NCBI GenBank assembly: GCA_964016885.1
Contig: CAXHJY010001068.1
Span: forward strand, 10,868-74,867
From: Eledone cirrhosa
Lineage: Eukaryota
DNA: 64,000 nucleotides
Direction: 5' to 3'
The notes under the pieces: model-generated
The model's database searches: none
The model's input: the letters and a program-made list of their open reading frames with translations, nothing else
What the model was told of the DNA's origin: nothing
Program-made: the position numbers and the translations under genes
Shown: one piece after another, positions 1 through 12,295 of the stretch
Position numbering within the stretch: position 1 is the first letter of the stretch
Layout: each line of letters starts with the position of its first letter

Positions 1-70
1 AACATGAGATTTTGTGATATTGTAGGTCTTTTTTATCGAAAGTATTGATTTTATTAATTACTTCAAACCA

Positions 71-293
71 AGGGTGGTGGATTAACAGTATCGGTAGAAA
101 GTCGGACACCATGCTTTGCAGCATAGAGTTACCGCGCTTTATGATCTGAGTTCAAATCCCGCCGAGGTTAACTTTGCCTTTCATAATTACAGGGTCGATA
201 AAATAAAGTACCAGTCACGCACTGGGGTAGATTTAATCGACTTTCCCCTCCCCCCAAATTGCTTATATAGGCTTTTTGCCTATATAAGAAACC
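71..293 (+). mobile_element. tRNA-derived SINE-A, full length, 18-bp TSD
   Basis: B box GAGTTCAAATCCC and body ...GGGTCGATAAAATAAAGTACCAG shared with many copies; ATTAATTACTTCAAACCA at 53-70 and 294-311. Confidence 0.85.
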
Positions 294-1910
294 ATTAATT
301 ACTTCAAACCATGATTGATATTGTCAGGAAACTACTAGAAGTCAACATCACACAAAACTGTTAAGTCGTATTGAAAATCTGAGGTCAGTGCAAGTGGTGA
401 ATATCTAGAGATTAGCTTCAGATGAATTACAACTGCAACCCTCTTACGAATATTACGAACGTAATACTAATTACGAATACTAATTACGAATACTAATTAC
501 GAATATTAGCTAACGTAAGTTCGATCCAATTTAGCTGTTACTGCTATTGAGATTAAAACAAACAGACATACATAAAGCTTGAACATCAGAGCTCAATTTA
601 TTTTTCCTCTAAAGGAGAGAGGAGAACATTTCTGTATAAGGGATGCTTAAATCAGGAATCTATAAATATACAATTTATATTAAATTACTGTATTGAAATA
701 TCTTATTTCAGCCAGGAACTTAATCGTAACATAGCTAACAGATTTTACACGTGACATCAATGTGACAAATTATCAACTGGGTAATATCACAACGAGTGGA
801 CGAGGAACTTGTTCGAAACAGTAGCCATAACCCTTTAAATTACACATTAGAAAACAAAACATACGTTGTGGTAATGTAGTTTATTGCGTTTTGGAAAAAA
901 AATGGGATGGTCATGGCATTGAAACACCGTTAATCATGGATCTGCTTGACCAATACTGACCTAAGATTAAACAAAAATATAAAGCAATGTTGATGACATG
1001 AGAAGCTTGGGTCAACTCGAAATATGTTAAGTAAATTTCGTCGTGTGACAAAATAACTTGTCTTAATCTGTTAAAATCTAAAAAAAGAATCCATAAAAAG
1101 AAAAAAAATGCATAAACCTCATTATTTGTTTGTTTGTTTGTTTGTTATTATTTTACTTTTTCTTTTTTAGTTTGCTTTTACTCACCCATCACCCCTACCT
1201 ACCAGAAATATCTGACAGTATTCGATATCTGGAAACAGATAACAAAGAAAGTTTCCAATTATACATATTTAAACAGTTCGATACAATTATAGAAATCAAT
1301 CACAAAGGTCCAGAAATATTTTTTTTCTTATGTACAATGAAATATTTGAAGCTTGAAACCCACCTGCTTCATAGTAAACAGGTTCTCTAATGGTTCTTAA
1401 CACAATAACATCAGTGAGTCATTCTCATCAGTTTAAATACATTCTCTTCTCTATGTTAAACATGCGACAGCATTGGAAGCTCTCAATTCTGGAGGTTGTT
1501 TTGTTGTAAATCGTTGTCCCTGGTGATGGTTTTACTGTTGCTATTGTTTATGTTGTTGTTGATATTTTGACAATGATGGTGGTGGTGGTGGTGATGGGGA
1601 TGATGATGAATATGATGGTTTTACTGTTGCTATTCTTTCTGTTGATAATGATGGGGGTGGTGGTGGCTGTGATGATGATCATTATCATGATGTTATTTAT
1701 GACGATGATGATGATGATAAAGATGTCGTTCATGTTATGTAGTCGTATGGCCTCATTGTGTTGGTATGAACATTACTTTTGTTATGTTGTTTTTGTGGGG
1801 TATTTGGGGGTTGTTTTTGTTTTTGGTGACGTTTTTGGTGACGTTGTTGGTGACGTTGTTGGCGACGTTGTTGGTCTTGCTGCTATCAACCCTCAACATT
1901 ATGGGCGTTG

Positions 1911-2020
1911 ATTATTTTATCGCCTCCGTAAAGATAAAAGGCAAAGCTAGCCTCGGTGGGATTTGAACTCAGAACGTAAAAGGCCGTAACTATATGCCAC
2001 AAAGCAAACGAATCAGCCAA
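1911..2020 (-). mobile_element. SINE-A fragment
   Basis: Reverse-complement match to the SINE-A B-box region (CCTCGGTGGGATTTGAACTCAG). Confidence 0.75.
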
Positions 2021-3553
2021 TATATGAAATGCCAAAATATGAAATGCCAAAATGTGGCATTATTGAGTTATTGAGCATCAGGAATATGACCATAGTAAAT
2101 GTGTCATTTTATTAAACCGTGGCTGATCATTGATCAAATTTACATTTAACGCTCCAGTGATTTCTATGCTATCTAGTTAAGAGATTCACTCTGCTGGGGA
2201 CAGTATATAAATGACAAATGTGATCATTAACCAGAAATGCCGGGCTCAAATCTTACTGTTGTCTATTAAAGAGAAGAGAAAAAACCCCTTCATTGAAACT
2301 AGTTAGGTTAATCACTTATTGTTGAATAGCTCTGATTAAGGAACTTTGAGCAATTTCCTTGCATGAGACAAATGAAATATCCGTTGATTGACTCCCAATA
2401 TTTAACAAAAATGGAAGCAGCGGAGTGGCACAAACTGTGGAGCACTTGACTAAAATATTTTGTAGATTTTTATATTTTATATTTTTGTGGTTGTTTAGAC
2501 CCGAGAGAGTTGACTCATGATCATAAGTGTTCCGGCCCTGATCACGATGTTTTGTTTCTTGTGTTTTGAGACAAATTAGGCTGCTATTTTTAGGAGGAAG
2601 TTGAATGAATATGCAAAGATTCCCCACATTGTCTTAGGTTCCGAGTTCCTATCTCACCGGAATTCAATGATTTCCTTTCATCTTCTCTTAAAGTAAAATA
2701 TCAGACTTGACTTGTAGTCGAATAATTGGAGATATTTGTAGTTTTGTAACAATGGGATAAATCAGTTTTTAACTACCATGCAACTGAGTGAGTGTATGTG
2801 TGAGTGTGTGTACGCGTTAATGTGTGTGGAAGCGAGAAAGAAAAAGAAAAATCAGTAGGAAAAAGACTCTAGAGAGACAATTAATGGTGGATGACCTTTA
2901 ATTTTCTTTTGCAAACTTCTTTAATTATTGATATTGTTTGTTGGTTTATAGAAGTATAATCAATTGAGTTTAGTATTACATTTCTTCAGGTCAGTAAGGA
3001 TAAAAGATAAAGGAACCAGTAGTATAAAAATTGAACTCATTTAGTTTGATACCGAGACAGAAGCATTCAAAATGTTCCAACTCATGTGTCTTCGTCACTA
3101 ACTCTAGCGTTCAATAAATATTCCTTGTTCTTTCATTAGGACTGCGCTAATGGCAACACTGATAAACAACTACTTTACATTTCCTTTCTCTGTCTCTCTC
3201 TCACCCTCTCTCTCTCGCTTTTTTTTAAAGCATTCTAGATTTAGTGCTTCATAAATCTAAATTCCAAACCTACGTAGATTGGTTTTATCTTTCATCTCTT
3301 CGCTACCGATAAGATAATAACCAATAAGAGACTGAAGACGATTTAATTCACTTTGCACCTCCCTTTTACATAAAAAACCCTTGTCCTTCTGTCCAAGCTA
3401 AAAAGAATAATTCATCCACTCATTTAACCTTTTCTTATATAGTTTATTTTTGTTTGTTATCTTTTTTTTTTCATCACAAATAAATAAAAAGTAAAACGTA
3501 TAAAAGTAAAATAAGAAATCGCCAGTTGTCACAGACTATTCTTTGATCTCCAG

Positions 3554-3621
3554 CTTTATTGAAAGACTACTTCTCCTACAACGGAGACGAGAAAGATTGG
3601 GAAGACTTTACTATCGTATAG
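3554..3621 (+). other. possible terminal coding exon (xLLKDYFSYNGDEKDWEDFTIV*)
   Basis: Pyrimidine-rich acceptor TTCTTTGATCTCCAG followed by a non-repetitive open frame ending in TAG; no partner exons found. Confidence 0.2.
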
Positions 3622-3769
3622 ATTACACATTTATTGATGACGTCTACGTCTAAAGTTTCAGTCAAATACGCATGTGCAGAAAAAAAAAGCCATGACACCC
3701 GGTAACATAGAATCGTTGAAATAATTTTATCTTCAATTTGAAATATTTCTGATAATGGTAACTATTTAA

Positions 3770-3813
<44 letters not shown>

Positions 3814-3814
<1 letters not shown>

Positions 3815-3966
3815 CCGTAAGTGGTTGACGGCTGAAAGAAACGGGTGTTCAATACCGAAGTAGAGTTTTAATATTCATTATTAAGGCTAAAAAGTGAGTC
3901 CTATTACTTTGGAGTTTCGCCTGTTTATCACAGACCCTGGGATAAACGGGTGAAACTACAGAGTAA
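3814..3966. mobile_element. P1 hammerhead-associated fold-back element (core lost at centre)
   Basis: Homologous to 10334-10520 and 12110-12297; inverted arms GAGTTTCGCCTGTTTATC / GATAAACGGGTGAAACT; abuts (CA)n(TA)n. Confidence 0.7.
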
Positions 3967-4024
3967 CAACAACAGCAGCAATGGTAGCAATAGTTACAGC
4001 AACAACAACAGCAACAACGACACC

Positions 4025-4325
4025 AATTATAAGAAATAAACATTACATAGTAACAATAAATGAAAAATCAAAAGTGACAACAACAACAAAAACAACAACA
4101 GCAGCAGCAGCAATAAGAAATAAACATTATACAGTAACAATAAATGATTGCAAATCTCAAGTGACAACACCAACAGCAACAAAAACAACACCACCACCAC
4201 CAACACCAGTAATAAGAAATAAACATTATATAGCAACAACACCAACAACAACAACATCAATAACAAGAAATAAACATTATATAGTAACAATAACTAAAAA
4301 CAAATCACAAGTGACAATATAACAA
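4025..4325. repeat. degenerate tandem repeat (AATAAGAAATAAACATTATATAG units with CAA spacers)
   Basis: Unit seen four times. Confidence 0.8.
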
Positions 4326-5811
4326 TGGAAGCCATAATGAAGTCAACAACTATTGTTCATAATTTACAAAATACTTGACAGTAACTTCAAGTGTTTCTTC
4401 CTCATTTAACTTGTCTTCACTTTAGTTATTGTTGTCGTTATTGTTGTTGTTGACTTTATTGTTGTTGTTACTGTTGATAATGTTGTTGTTGAGTTTATTG
4501 TTGTTATTGTTATATAGCCGTCAGTGTTTTTTGTTGTCGTTGCTTATTGTATTTAATCTTTATTGTTTTTACTACAACTACCACCACTAGTACTACTACC
4601 ATTACTACACTACTATCACTACTACTACAATTACCATCACTAGTACTACTACCACCACTGCTAGCACCACCACCACCCCCACTACAACTATCACCACTTG
4701 TGCTTGTTTGAGTGTGTGGTCAACTACGGTTTTGATTTGAGTTAGACATAATGGTATTTGTTAAGTGCACTGGATGTGAGAGAGAGAGCGCGCGAGAGAG
4801 AGAGATAGTAGTGTTAGGGGGAAGACAATGTTACTCAAGAAAAACAAAGCAAGATCTGTGCAGTGGACTCGAACCAGGGACCACATGATTGTGAAGCTAA
4901 CTCCTTAATCATACAGATGAACCTTTACCCGTTGATGTTTGTAGCGCTTCTTACGACAGACATCATCATTATCGTCGTTATTGTTGCTTGCAGTCGTTGT
5001 TGTCCTTGTGAATCACTAATTTTTCGTTACTCCGCGACCCACAATTAAGGAACCTCAACCTTGTACCGCCCTCACCACCCTTCTGTTTCCTACCACACAC
5101 ATTATCCACCCAACTCAAATGCGAATTACATGCATGATGGCGAATTTATGGTTCCTAAACTGATTCTAATCGTAGAATTATCCACGGGGGCAGAAGTTGC
5201 CTGATGCTTTGCAAGTTACACTTGACTGATTTCGTTGTCCTGTTGACAGAAACGAGTGCAATTCTTTTGTTCAGAAGTTATTCTGATGCATATGCGCTTT
5301 GTTGTTGCTGTTGTATTTTGTGGGGAGGGGAATTGAATATCTGCATTTTATCTATATATTTATATAATTTATTCTATCCTAGTTCGACTTTTTTTTTGTA
5401 TCACCATTATTTTCGACGGGATGGTGAGGTCGGGTGCGGTTGTTCAATCAACGGAACGACCAAACTCGAGAAATTATCGTGTAAGTGACTGCGTATTCTA
5501 AAGATACGTGTACATTTAACGTTATTCTCGAACAAAACCCAGTGAGAGACACAGTGTGACTTAGTTGAACCTTTGAACTAGAGTAGATACAGTTCATAAT
5601 CTGACGAGCATCCAAACAATCTCTGCTTCTCCTGTTTCATCCTAAAGAGATAGAGGCTGATCTCTGGCTATGGTAAGACATACAGGATATGACAGATAAT
5701 GGGACCGAATCCGAAACCTCGAGATTGTGACCCAAACTTCTTAATAATTTGGCTACTCTGTTTCCACATTATTTTGATAGTCAGTTTCTATTTCAGAGAA
5801 TCAAAAAATAT

Positions 5812-5880
5812 TTCCGGCGAAACCCCTTCTCCATTCTGTCCGCCGGGGCTGTGGGGAGGCCAGCACCTGGGGACTCCATT
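5812..5880 (+). mobile_element. CRE-clade non-LTR retrotransposon 3' ORF fragment
   Basis: Encodes FRRNPFSILSAGAVGRP; reverse complement of the repeat at 16445 and 48753. Confidence 0.6.
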
Positions 5881-6048
5881 TGCTCACCATACAGAGAGAT
5901 GGAGGCGATGACAGTGGGAGTTTGGCTCTTCCACGTTCGGACCATATCCTTGTGGTTGTCTTCATTATCTATAGAGTTCATTCTATTATTCAGTTGTCAC
6001 TATTAAACAAAAGTAATTTCTGAAATAACACTTTGGTATCAAGATTAT

Positions 6049-6219
6049 TAGAGGGTTGGACGCCATGCTTTGACGCATAGAGTTACGGGCCTTTATGATC
6101 TGAGTTCAAATCCCGCCGAGGTTAACTTTGCCTTTCATCCTTACGGGGTCTATAAAATAAAGTACCAGTAATACACTGGAATAATTGCTGGCCTTGTGCC
6201 AAAAGTAGAAACAATTATT
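6049..6219 (+). mobile_element. SINE-A, 5'-truncated
   Basis: B box and 3' tail GGCCTTGTGCCAAAAGTAGAAACAATT. Confidence 0.85.
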
Positions 6220-6579
6220 TCTAGATTTGAAATATATATTCCTTCTGGAAAAATAAATTAATATTGTTATTTGCTGTGAGGGTTTTACCATTATTCTTGT
6301 GTTTTATACTTTATAATTTATTATGTAGTAACTATTATTAATTCTAAATAAATAAGTGAACTGGCAGAATTGGTAGATCATCAGATAACTAGCCTTGATG
6401 ATTTTTGTTCTCTTGCCAATTTCTCGAATGACTTGAAAAGAGGAAAAATATAAAGACAAAGAAGAAGAAGAAAACGAAGAAAAATGAAGAAGAAGAAAAC
6501 GAAGAACAACGAAGAAAAACGAAAAAAAACGAAAACGAAAAAAACGAAGAAGAGAAAACGAAGAAGAAGACGAAGAAGG

Positions 6580-6616
<37 letters not shown>

Positions 6617-6719
6617 AGTGAATTGACTGGAAATGACCAGCGGTCATTGAATAAATCCTGCATTATTAAAATAACAAGAACAACAACGACAACAACAAGA
6701 GCTATATAACATATCTCAG

Positions 6720-6815
6720 TCATAATGGCCGACTTAATTATGTGATAAATAGGTTTGTGATTCCACTGATCCGGAAGACGAAATCGTGTGTTTATGACGT
6801 AGTTTCCGGTTTCTA
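6720..6815. promoter_or_regulatory. candidate housekeeping-type promoter motif cluster
   Basis: AATGGCCGAC (YY1-like), CCGGAAG and TTCCGG (ETS-like) and TGACGTA (CRE-site-like) within 100 bp of unique sequence. Confidence 0.25.
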
Positions 6816-6899
6816 GACCTAACAAATATTAACATATCAATTGTAGTTATGTTATTGTCGTTTTATTGTTTTTACTGTTGGTGCCGTTTTTTGTTGTTG

Positions 6900-7125
6900 A
6901 TGATGATGGTGATGGTGGCAATGGTGACGGTGGGGATGATGGTGATGGTGGCGATGGTGACGGTGGCGATGGTGGCGATGGTGACGGTGGCGATGGTGAC
7001 GGTGGGGATGATGGCGACGATGATGATGGCGATGGTGGTGATGATGGCCGCGATGGTGATGATGGCGGCGATGATGATGATGATCATGATGGCGATGGTG
7101 ATGGCGATAGTGGTGACGACGACGC
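6900..7125. repeat. (GAT/GGT/GAC) trinucleotide low-complexity tract
   Basis: Direct reading. Confidence 0.9.
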
Positions 7126-7383
7126 CTAACTTCTGTCATAGATTCCAAAATATAAAATACATCCCAACAATACATAGTACAATGTTGGTCTTCCTTTCAT
7201 GCTGTGCCTTTATTCAGTCACTTTACACTATTACAGCGACCCATGCTCGTCAGGTTTAGTTTTTCCTATACCAGTTACAACCTTGTTCACGAGGTACACC
7301 TTCCTCTCGCATTTTTCTCAGTCATAACCTGTCTAATCCCACCCCACCAAGACCTTCCATTAACCATTATGTTTAATCATTTC

Positions 7384-7571
7384 AGGCGGTGGATTGGCAG
7401 TATCGGTAGAGGGTCGGACGCCACGCTTTGACGCATAGAGTTACGGCCCTTGCCATTCTGAGTTCAAATCCTGCCGAGGTTAACTTTGCCTTTCATCCTT
7501 ACGGGGTCGATAAAATAAAGTACCAGTAATGCACTGGGATAATTGTTGGCCTTGTGCCAAAAGTAGAAATA
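7384..7571 (+). mobile_element. SINE-A, full length, 18-bp TSD
   Basis: A box TGGCAGTATCGG, B box GAGTTCAAATCC; ATTATGTTTAATCATTTC at 7366-7383 and 7572-7589. Confidence 0.9.
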
Positions 7572-7999
7572 ATTATGTTTAATCATTTCTTCCCAGAATG
7601 TCGATCTTCTGGAATTCCCTTCCAGTCAATTTTATTTCCCCTAGGTGTAAAACAAATCTACCCCACCAATCCCAACAGTGAGGGAAGACATGTGAAAGTC
7701 ATAGGTTTAATGTCTCCCTATTAATCTAAACCCTTAGAAAGAACAGAAAAGTAAAGCAAAAAGAAAAACAAAATGACTTATGCCAGGACCGAACTTGCTT
7801 TTTATCGAATCACGGTTGATACGTAGCAATGACATTACGATCCCTTACAAATTTGAAGCTTTATGTAAATGTGAAATATGTAAATTAATGAGATAGTGAC
7901 AACCAGTGAGGCGTAGTTAATGTGGTTACTGAGGTGGAAGTTGTTATGGGGGGTGGGGGTTGGGTGGTTGTGGTAGTAACAACGTTGGTGTTTTTGTTA

Positions 8000-9260
8000 C
8001 ATATTGTCGCTGTTGTTGTTGTTGTTGTTGGTGGTAGTGTCGCTATTGTTGGTGGTAGTGTCGCTATTGTTGGTGGTAGTGTAGGTGTTGGTGGTGGTAG
8101 TGTAGGTGTTGGTGGTGGTAGTGTAGGCGTTGGTGGTGGTAGTGTAGGTGTTGGTGGTGGTAGTGTCGCTGTTGTTGGTGGTAGTGTCACTGTTGGTGGT
8201 GGTAGTGTAGGTGTTGGTGGTGGTAGTGTCGCTGTTGGTGGTGGTGGTAGTGTAGGTGGTGGTGGTAGTGTAGGTGTTGGTGGTGGTGGTGGTAGTGTCG
8301 CTGTTGGTGGTGGTGGTAGTGTAGGTTTTGGTGGTGGTGGTAGTGTAGGTGTTGGTGGTGGTGGTGGTAGTGTCGCTGTTGGTGGTGGTGGTAGTGTAGG
8401 TGTTGGTGGTGGTGGTAGTGTAGGTGGTGGTGGTAGTGTCGCTGTTGGTGGTGGTGGTGGTGGTAGTGTCGCTGTTGGTGGTGGTGGTAGTGTAGGTGTT
8501 GGTGGTGGTGGTAGTATAGGTGTTGGTGGCGGTGGTAGTGTAGGTTTTGGTGGTGGTGGTAGTGTAGGTGTTGGTGGTGGTGGTAGTGTCGCTGTTGGTG
8601 GTGGTGGTAGTGTAGGTGTTGGTGGCGGTGTAGGTGTTGGTGGTGTTGGTGGTGGTGGTAGTGTAGGTGTTGGTGGTGGTGGTGGTGGTAGTGTCGCTGT
8701 TGGTGGTGGTGGTAGTGTAGGTGTTGGTGGCGGTGGTAGTGTAGGTGTTGGTGGTGGTGGTAGTGTAGGTGTTGGTGGTGGTGGTGGTAGTGTCGCTGTT
8801 GGTGGTGGTGGTAGTGTAGGTGTTGGTGGTGGTGGTGGTGGTAGTGTAGATGTTGGTGGTGGTGGTGGTAGTGTCGCTGTTGGTGGTGGTGGTGGTAGTG
8901 TCGCTGTTGGTGGTGGTGGTGGTAGTGTCGCTGTTGGTGGTGGTGGTAGTGTAGGTTTTGGTGTTGGTGGTGGTGGTGGTAGTGTAGGTGGTGGTGGTGG
9001 TAGTGTAGGTGTTGGTGGTGGTGGTAGTGTAGGTGTTGGTGGTGGTAGTGTCGCTGTTGGTGGTAGTGTAGGTGTTGGTGGTGGTAGTGTCGCTGTTGTT
9101 GGTGGTAGTGTAGGTGTTGGTGGTGGTAGTGTAGGTGTTGGTGGTGGTGGTGTCGCTGTTGTTGGTGGTAGTGTAGGTATTGGTGGTAGTGTTGCTGTTG
9201 TTAGTGGTAGTAGTAGTAGTGGTGGTAGTAGTAGTAGTGATAATAATAGTGGCAGTAGTT
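8000..9260. repeat. compound (GGT)n minisatellite with AGTGTAGGTGTT / AGTGTCGCTGTT spacers
   Basis: Direct reading; it produces the 448-aa Gly/Val ORF. Confidence 0.9.
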
Positions 9261-9585
9261 TGTTGTAGATAGAAGCGCGTAAATTATATCAGCCTCATTT
9301 GTTCTGCTCAAATTTGCATTTCAGTATGGCTAGCTTGCATGTAATATAAGCATTTAATGTTGAAGTGACTCTCAGGTTTATTGGCTTAATCAGACTCAGA
9401 TGACCACGTGTATGAATGCACTCGCACGTGTGTTTATAAGTGTATGTGTGCCTGTTTTTATGTAATAGGAGCGTGTGTGCTGTACCACAAAATATCCTTA
9501 CAATACGATGTATATATTAAAATTATACAGTAAATTTATAAGATTCACACCATACGCACAAAATACGCATAAAAATCGCACGTAA

Positions 9586-9626
<41 letters not shown>

Positions 9627-9627
9627 C

Positions 9628-9885
9628 ACAATTGGTATTCACCCATTTAAGGTGGGGCAGGTAATGTTGATATAGAACTCAATACAGCGTTGCAGTGGTA
9701 GATTCATCAAGGTAATGCTTTCGGGGGTTATGTTTTTGTGGTAAGTATTAGTCACATAAAGTATTTTCGAAGAATGTATTATATACAGGCTGTCATTAAA
9801 ATACGTGTACTTTGAACAATGAAAATAAAACAAAAGTCAGGTGTAGGTCGTTAAGAGTGCTTCATTGTTTTACGATCGTTTCAGA
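9628..9885 (-). mobile_element. Penelope-like terminal-repeat fragment with 3' half hammerhead
   Basis: Minus strand reads GAAAC-GATC-GTA (palindromic stem III, GUA), later GTATTGAGTTC, and ends at (TA)n. Confidence 0.4.
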
Positions 9886-9924
9886 ACCCGCCCGTCCCCT
9901 CAATCTATCTTATTTCTCATTCTT

Positions 9925-9960
9925 TCTTCTGATGAAGGACTAGCGTCCGAAACGTTAAGA
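9925..9960 (+). ncRNA. minimal type I hammerhead ribozyme (family P5)
   Basis: TCTT-CTGATGA-A-GGAC(TAGC)GTCC-GAAAC-GTT-AAGA: stem I TCTT/AAGA, stem II 4 bp, loopless palindromic stem III. Paralog at 20476. Confidence 0.75.
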
Positions 9961-10047
9961 CCCTCTTCCTGCTATATCAAGCGTTAATCTAATATATCCC
10001 TTCCATATACTGTACCGATTGTGTTGTAATTTCTGTTTACCTTTTAC

Positions 10048-10104
<57 letters not shown>

Positions 10105-10142
10105 CAAGGACAATTTGTTAAGCCTCCATTACGTTTATTAAT

Positions 10143-10230
10143 GGATGACGCGCGTTTCGCTACTGATCGGCTCAAGTTTCGATCTGTATCGATCTGGCCT
10201 GACTCTGGAATGAAAAGCTCGTCGGACCTC
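10143..10230 (-). ncRNA. degenerate hammerhead with long stem II
   Basis: Minus strand CCGACGA-GC...GC-GAAAC-GCGC-GTC followed by AATAAA; core has a U4C change; lies between (TA)n tracts. Confidence 0.4.
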
Positions 10231-10278
10231 TTGATTTGGGTGAACCTACAGTAACTTCACGTTACACTCCCTGGATGG

Positions 10279-10332
<54 letters not shown>

Positions 10333-10333
10333 C

Positions 10334-10520
10334 TCCGTATGTGGTTGACAGCTGAGAGAAAGGAGCACTCTACACCGAAGAAAAGTTTTAATATTAATCT
10401 TATTAAGGCTAAATAGTGGATGTTGTTATCCGGGATTTTTTAGTTTATCGAAGGGTCATCAGACCCTTCGATAAACAGGCGAAACTCCCCAGTGACAAGA
10501 CTCACTATCTAGCCTTAATT
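10334..10520. mobile_element. P1 fold-back element
   Basis: Homologous to 3814 and 12110 copies; centre TTTATCGAAGGGTC-ATCA-GACCCTTCGATAAA overlaps a minus-strand CTGATGA. Confidence 0.7.
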
Positions 10521-10526
10521 ATATGT

Positions 10527-10619
10527 AGGAAAAGAGTCAGGACCCCGACGGCTGAGCTCCAGCCGTTTTGACAGCTAGATCTGAACTAATCCAGCAGTAT
10601 ATTATCACACTTTCTTTGT

Positions 10620-10620
<1 letters not shown>
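10527..10620 (-). mobile_element. P2 element fragment
   Basis: AAAAGAGTCAGGACCCCGACGGCTGAGCTCC matches P2 copies. Confidence 0.75.
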
Positions 10621-10650
<30 letters not shown>

Positions 10651-10653
<3 letters not shown>

Positions 10654-10836
10654 CGAAGGAAAGGAACCAGGTGGACCATAGCGCATCAGAGTACTCAATA
10701 CTTTGGGTAGTAGAGTGGGTAATAGGAAAAGACTCAGGACCCCGACGGCAGAGCTCAAGCCGTTTCGACGGCTATTTCTGGAGTCCAGAAATAGCCGTCG
10801 AAACGGCTTGAGCTCTGCCGTCTGGGTCCTGACTCT

Positions 10837-10840
<4 letters not shown>
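10651..10840. mobile_element. P2 palindromic element in (TA)n
   Basis: About 55-bp inverted arms centred near 10782, each carrying GAAAC-stem III-GTC; (TA)n on both sides. Confidence 0.85.
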
Positions 10841-10891
<51 letters not shown>

Positions 10892-11531
10892 ACACACAAA
10901 ATCAAGTAACTAGTGTTGTGTTCATTTTAAAACCAATAAAATGTTGGAAGCGGTTAAACAAGTTTACAGATTATAGATAATAGCTTTTTAAATATAGATA
11001 GTTGAAATATATATATTTACTAATAGTTCCGTTTGAAATGTAAATAATTTCGACTAGAATTTGCGATAATTCCATCTTGAATCACGATAATTATATTAAG
11101 AATGGAAATAATTTCAATGTATATATATAGAGAGAGACATTTTTATTTGAAATTTATATTTGTTTTAAAAAGCTAAATATTTTCATTAGATAGATAATCG
11201 TTTAATAAAAAAAAAAGATAATTGTTCAATAAATGTAGATAATTTCTTTTAAAATATAAATATATCTCTTTTAAGAAATATATTTAATTTATTTTATGAC
11301 AATAATTAACTTTTCACGTAGATGATTCTATTTATTTCTTTAAAATAATATGATATATTCGTTGAAAACTATAATAAAATAATGATTTTTTTTGATTTTT
11401 TTTTTCTTACTTGACAACGTTACGTCCATATGTCTATATATGTTTGGCAATTCTTAATATCACTGCTTACGTAAATTACTAACACACATGAACACATTCA
11501 TATATATGACCAAAGAGGACCTTAAAATATA

Positions 11532-11571
<40 letters not shown>

Positions 11572-11574
<3 letters not shown>

Positions 11575-11889
11575 GTCCCCTTCGGTCACGAATGACCATT
11601 GTTTGTGCACCTAGAAAGTTCCGAGGCACTAGACTGAGCAAGGTTATTTGTGGAAGACCAGCCGTCACCCATGTATACCAGACTCCCCTCTCCATGCCAC
11701 CAATGTTGTCCAAGGGAAAGGCAATGGCCGATACAGCTTGGCACCAATGACGTCGCAACTCATTTCTACAGCTGAGTAAACTGGAACCACGCGAAATAAA
11801 GTGTCTTGCTCAAGACCACAACGCACCTCCCGGTCCGGGAATTGAACTCACAACATTACGATTGTGAATTCAAAGCCAAGCGTCTTCAT
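11572..11889 (-). mobile_element. CORE-like tRNA SINE (SINE-B)
   Basis: Minus-strand B box GAGTTCAATTCCC followed by the CORE-like GTTGTGGTCTTGAGCAAGACACTTTATTTC; part of the 3' tail recurs at 31818-31885. Confidence 0.7.
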
Positions 11890-11901
11890 ATATATATATA
11901 T

Positions 11902-12076
11902 AGAAAAGAGTCAGGAGCCCGACCATACAGGTGGCTTAGTTGGGATCTAGCTGTCAAAACGGCCGGAGCTCAGCCGTCGGGGTACTGACTCTTTTCCTAT
12001 TACCCACTCTACTACTCTAAGTATCGGGTATCCTGGTGCGTTATGGCCCACCTGGTTTATTACCACAATTTCTTTG
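11902..12076 (+). mobile_element. P2 element with short inverted arm
   Basis: AAAAGAGTCAG...CTGACTCTTTT arms plus P2 tail TACCCACTCTACTACTCTAAGTATCGGGTA. Confidence 0.8.
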
Positions 12077-12109
12077 TGTGTGTGTGCGCGCGTATATATA
12101 TATATATAT

Positions 12110-12295
12110 GACGTCTGAGAGAAAAGAGTACTCAATACCGAAGTAAAGTGTTAATATTCAATATTATTAAGGCTAAAACGCGAGTTTCGCCTCTTTATCA
12201 GACTCATCAGACAAGAATTCTTGTCTGACGAGCCTGTGATAAACTGGCGAAACTCCAGAGTAACAAGAATCACTGTTTAGCTTTAATAATATTGA

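Noticed and set aside
2316-2627. 103-aa non-repetitive ORF on the minus strand
   Set aside because: No recognisable domain, non-ATG start, no splice support.
5598-5625. CTGACGAGCATCCAAAC hammerhead-like string
   Set aside because: GAAA is absent and no stems form.
7922-9268. 448-aa Gly/Val-rich ORF resembling a structural protein
   Set aside because: Almost all Gly codons are GGT within a compound microsatellite, the start is not ATG, and similar tracts occur at 13225 and 46070. Not fully excluded without expression data.
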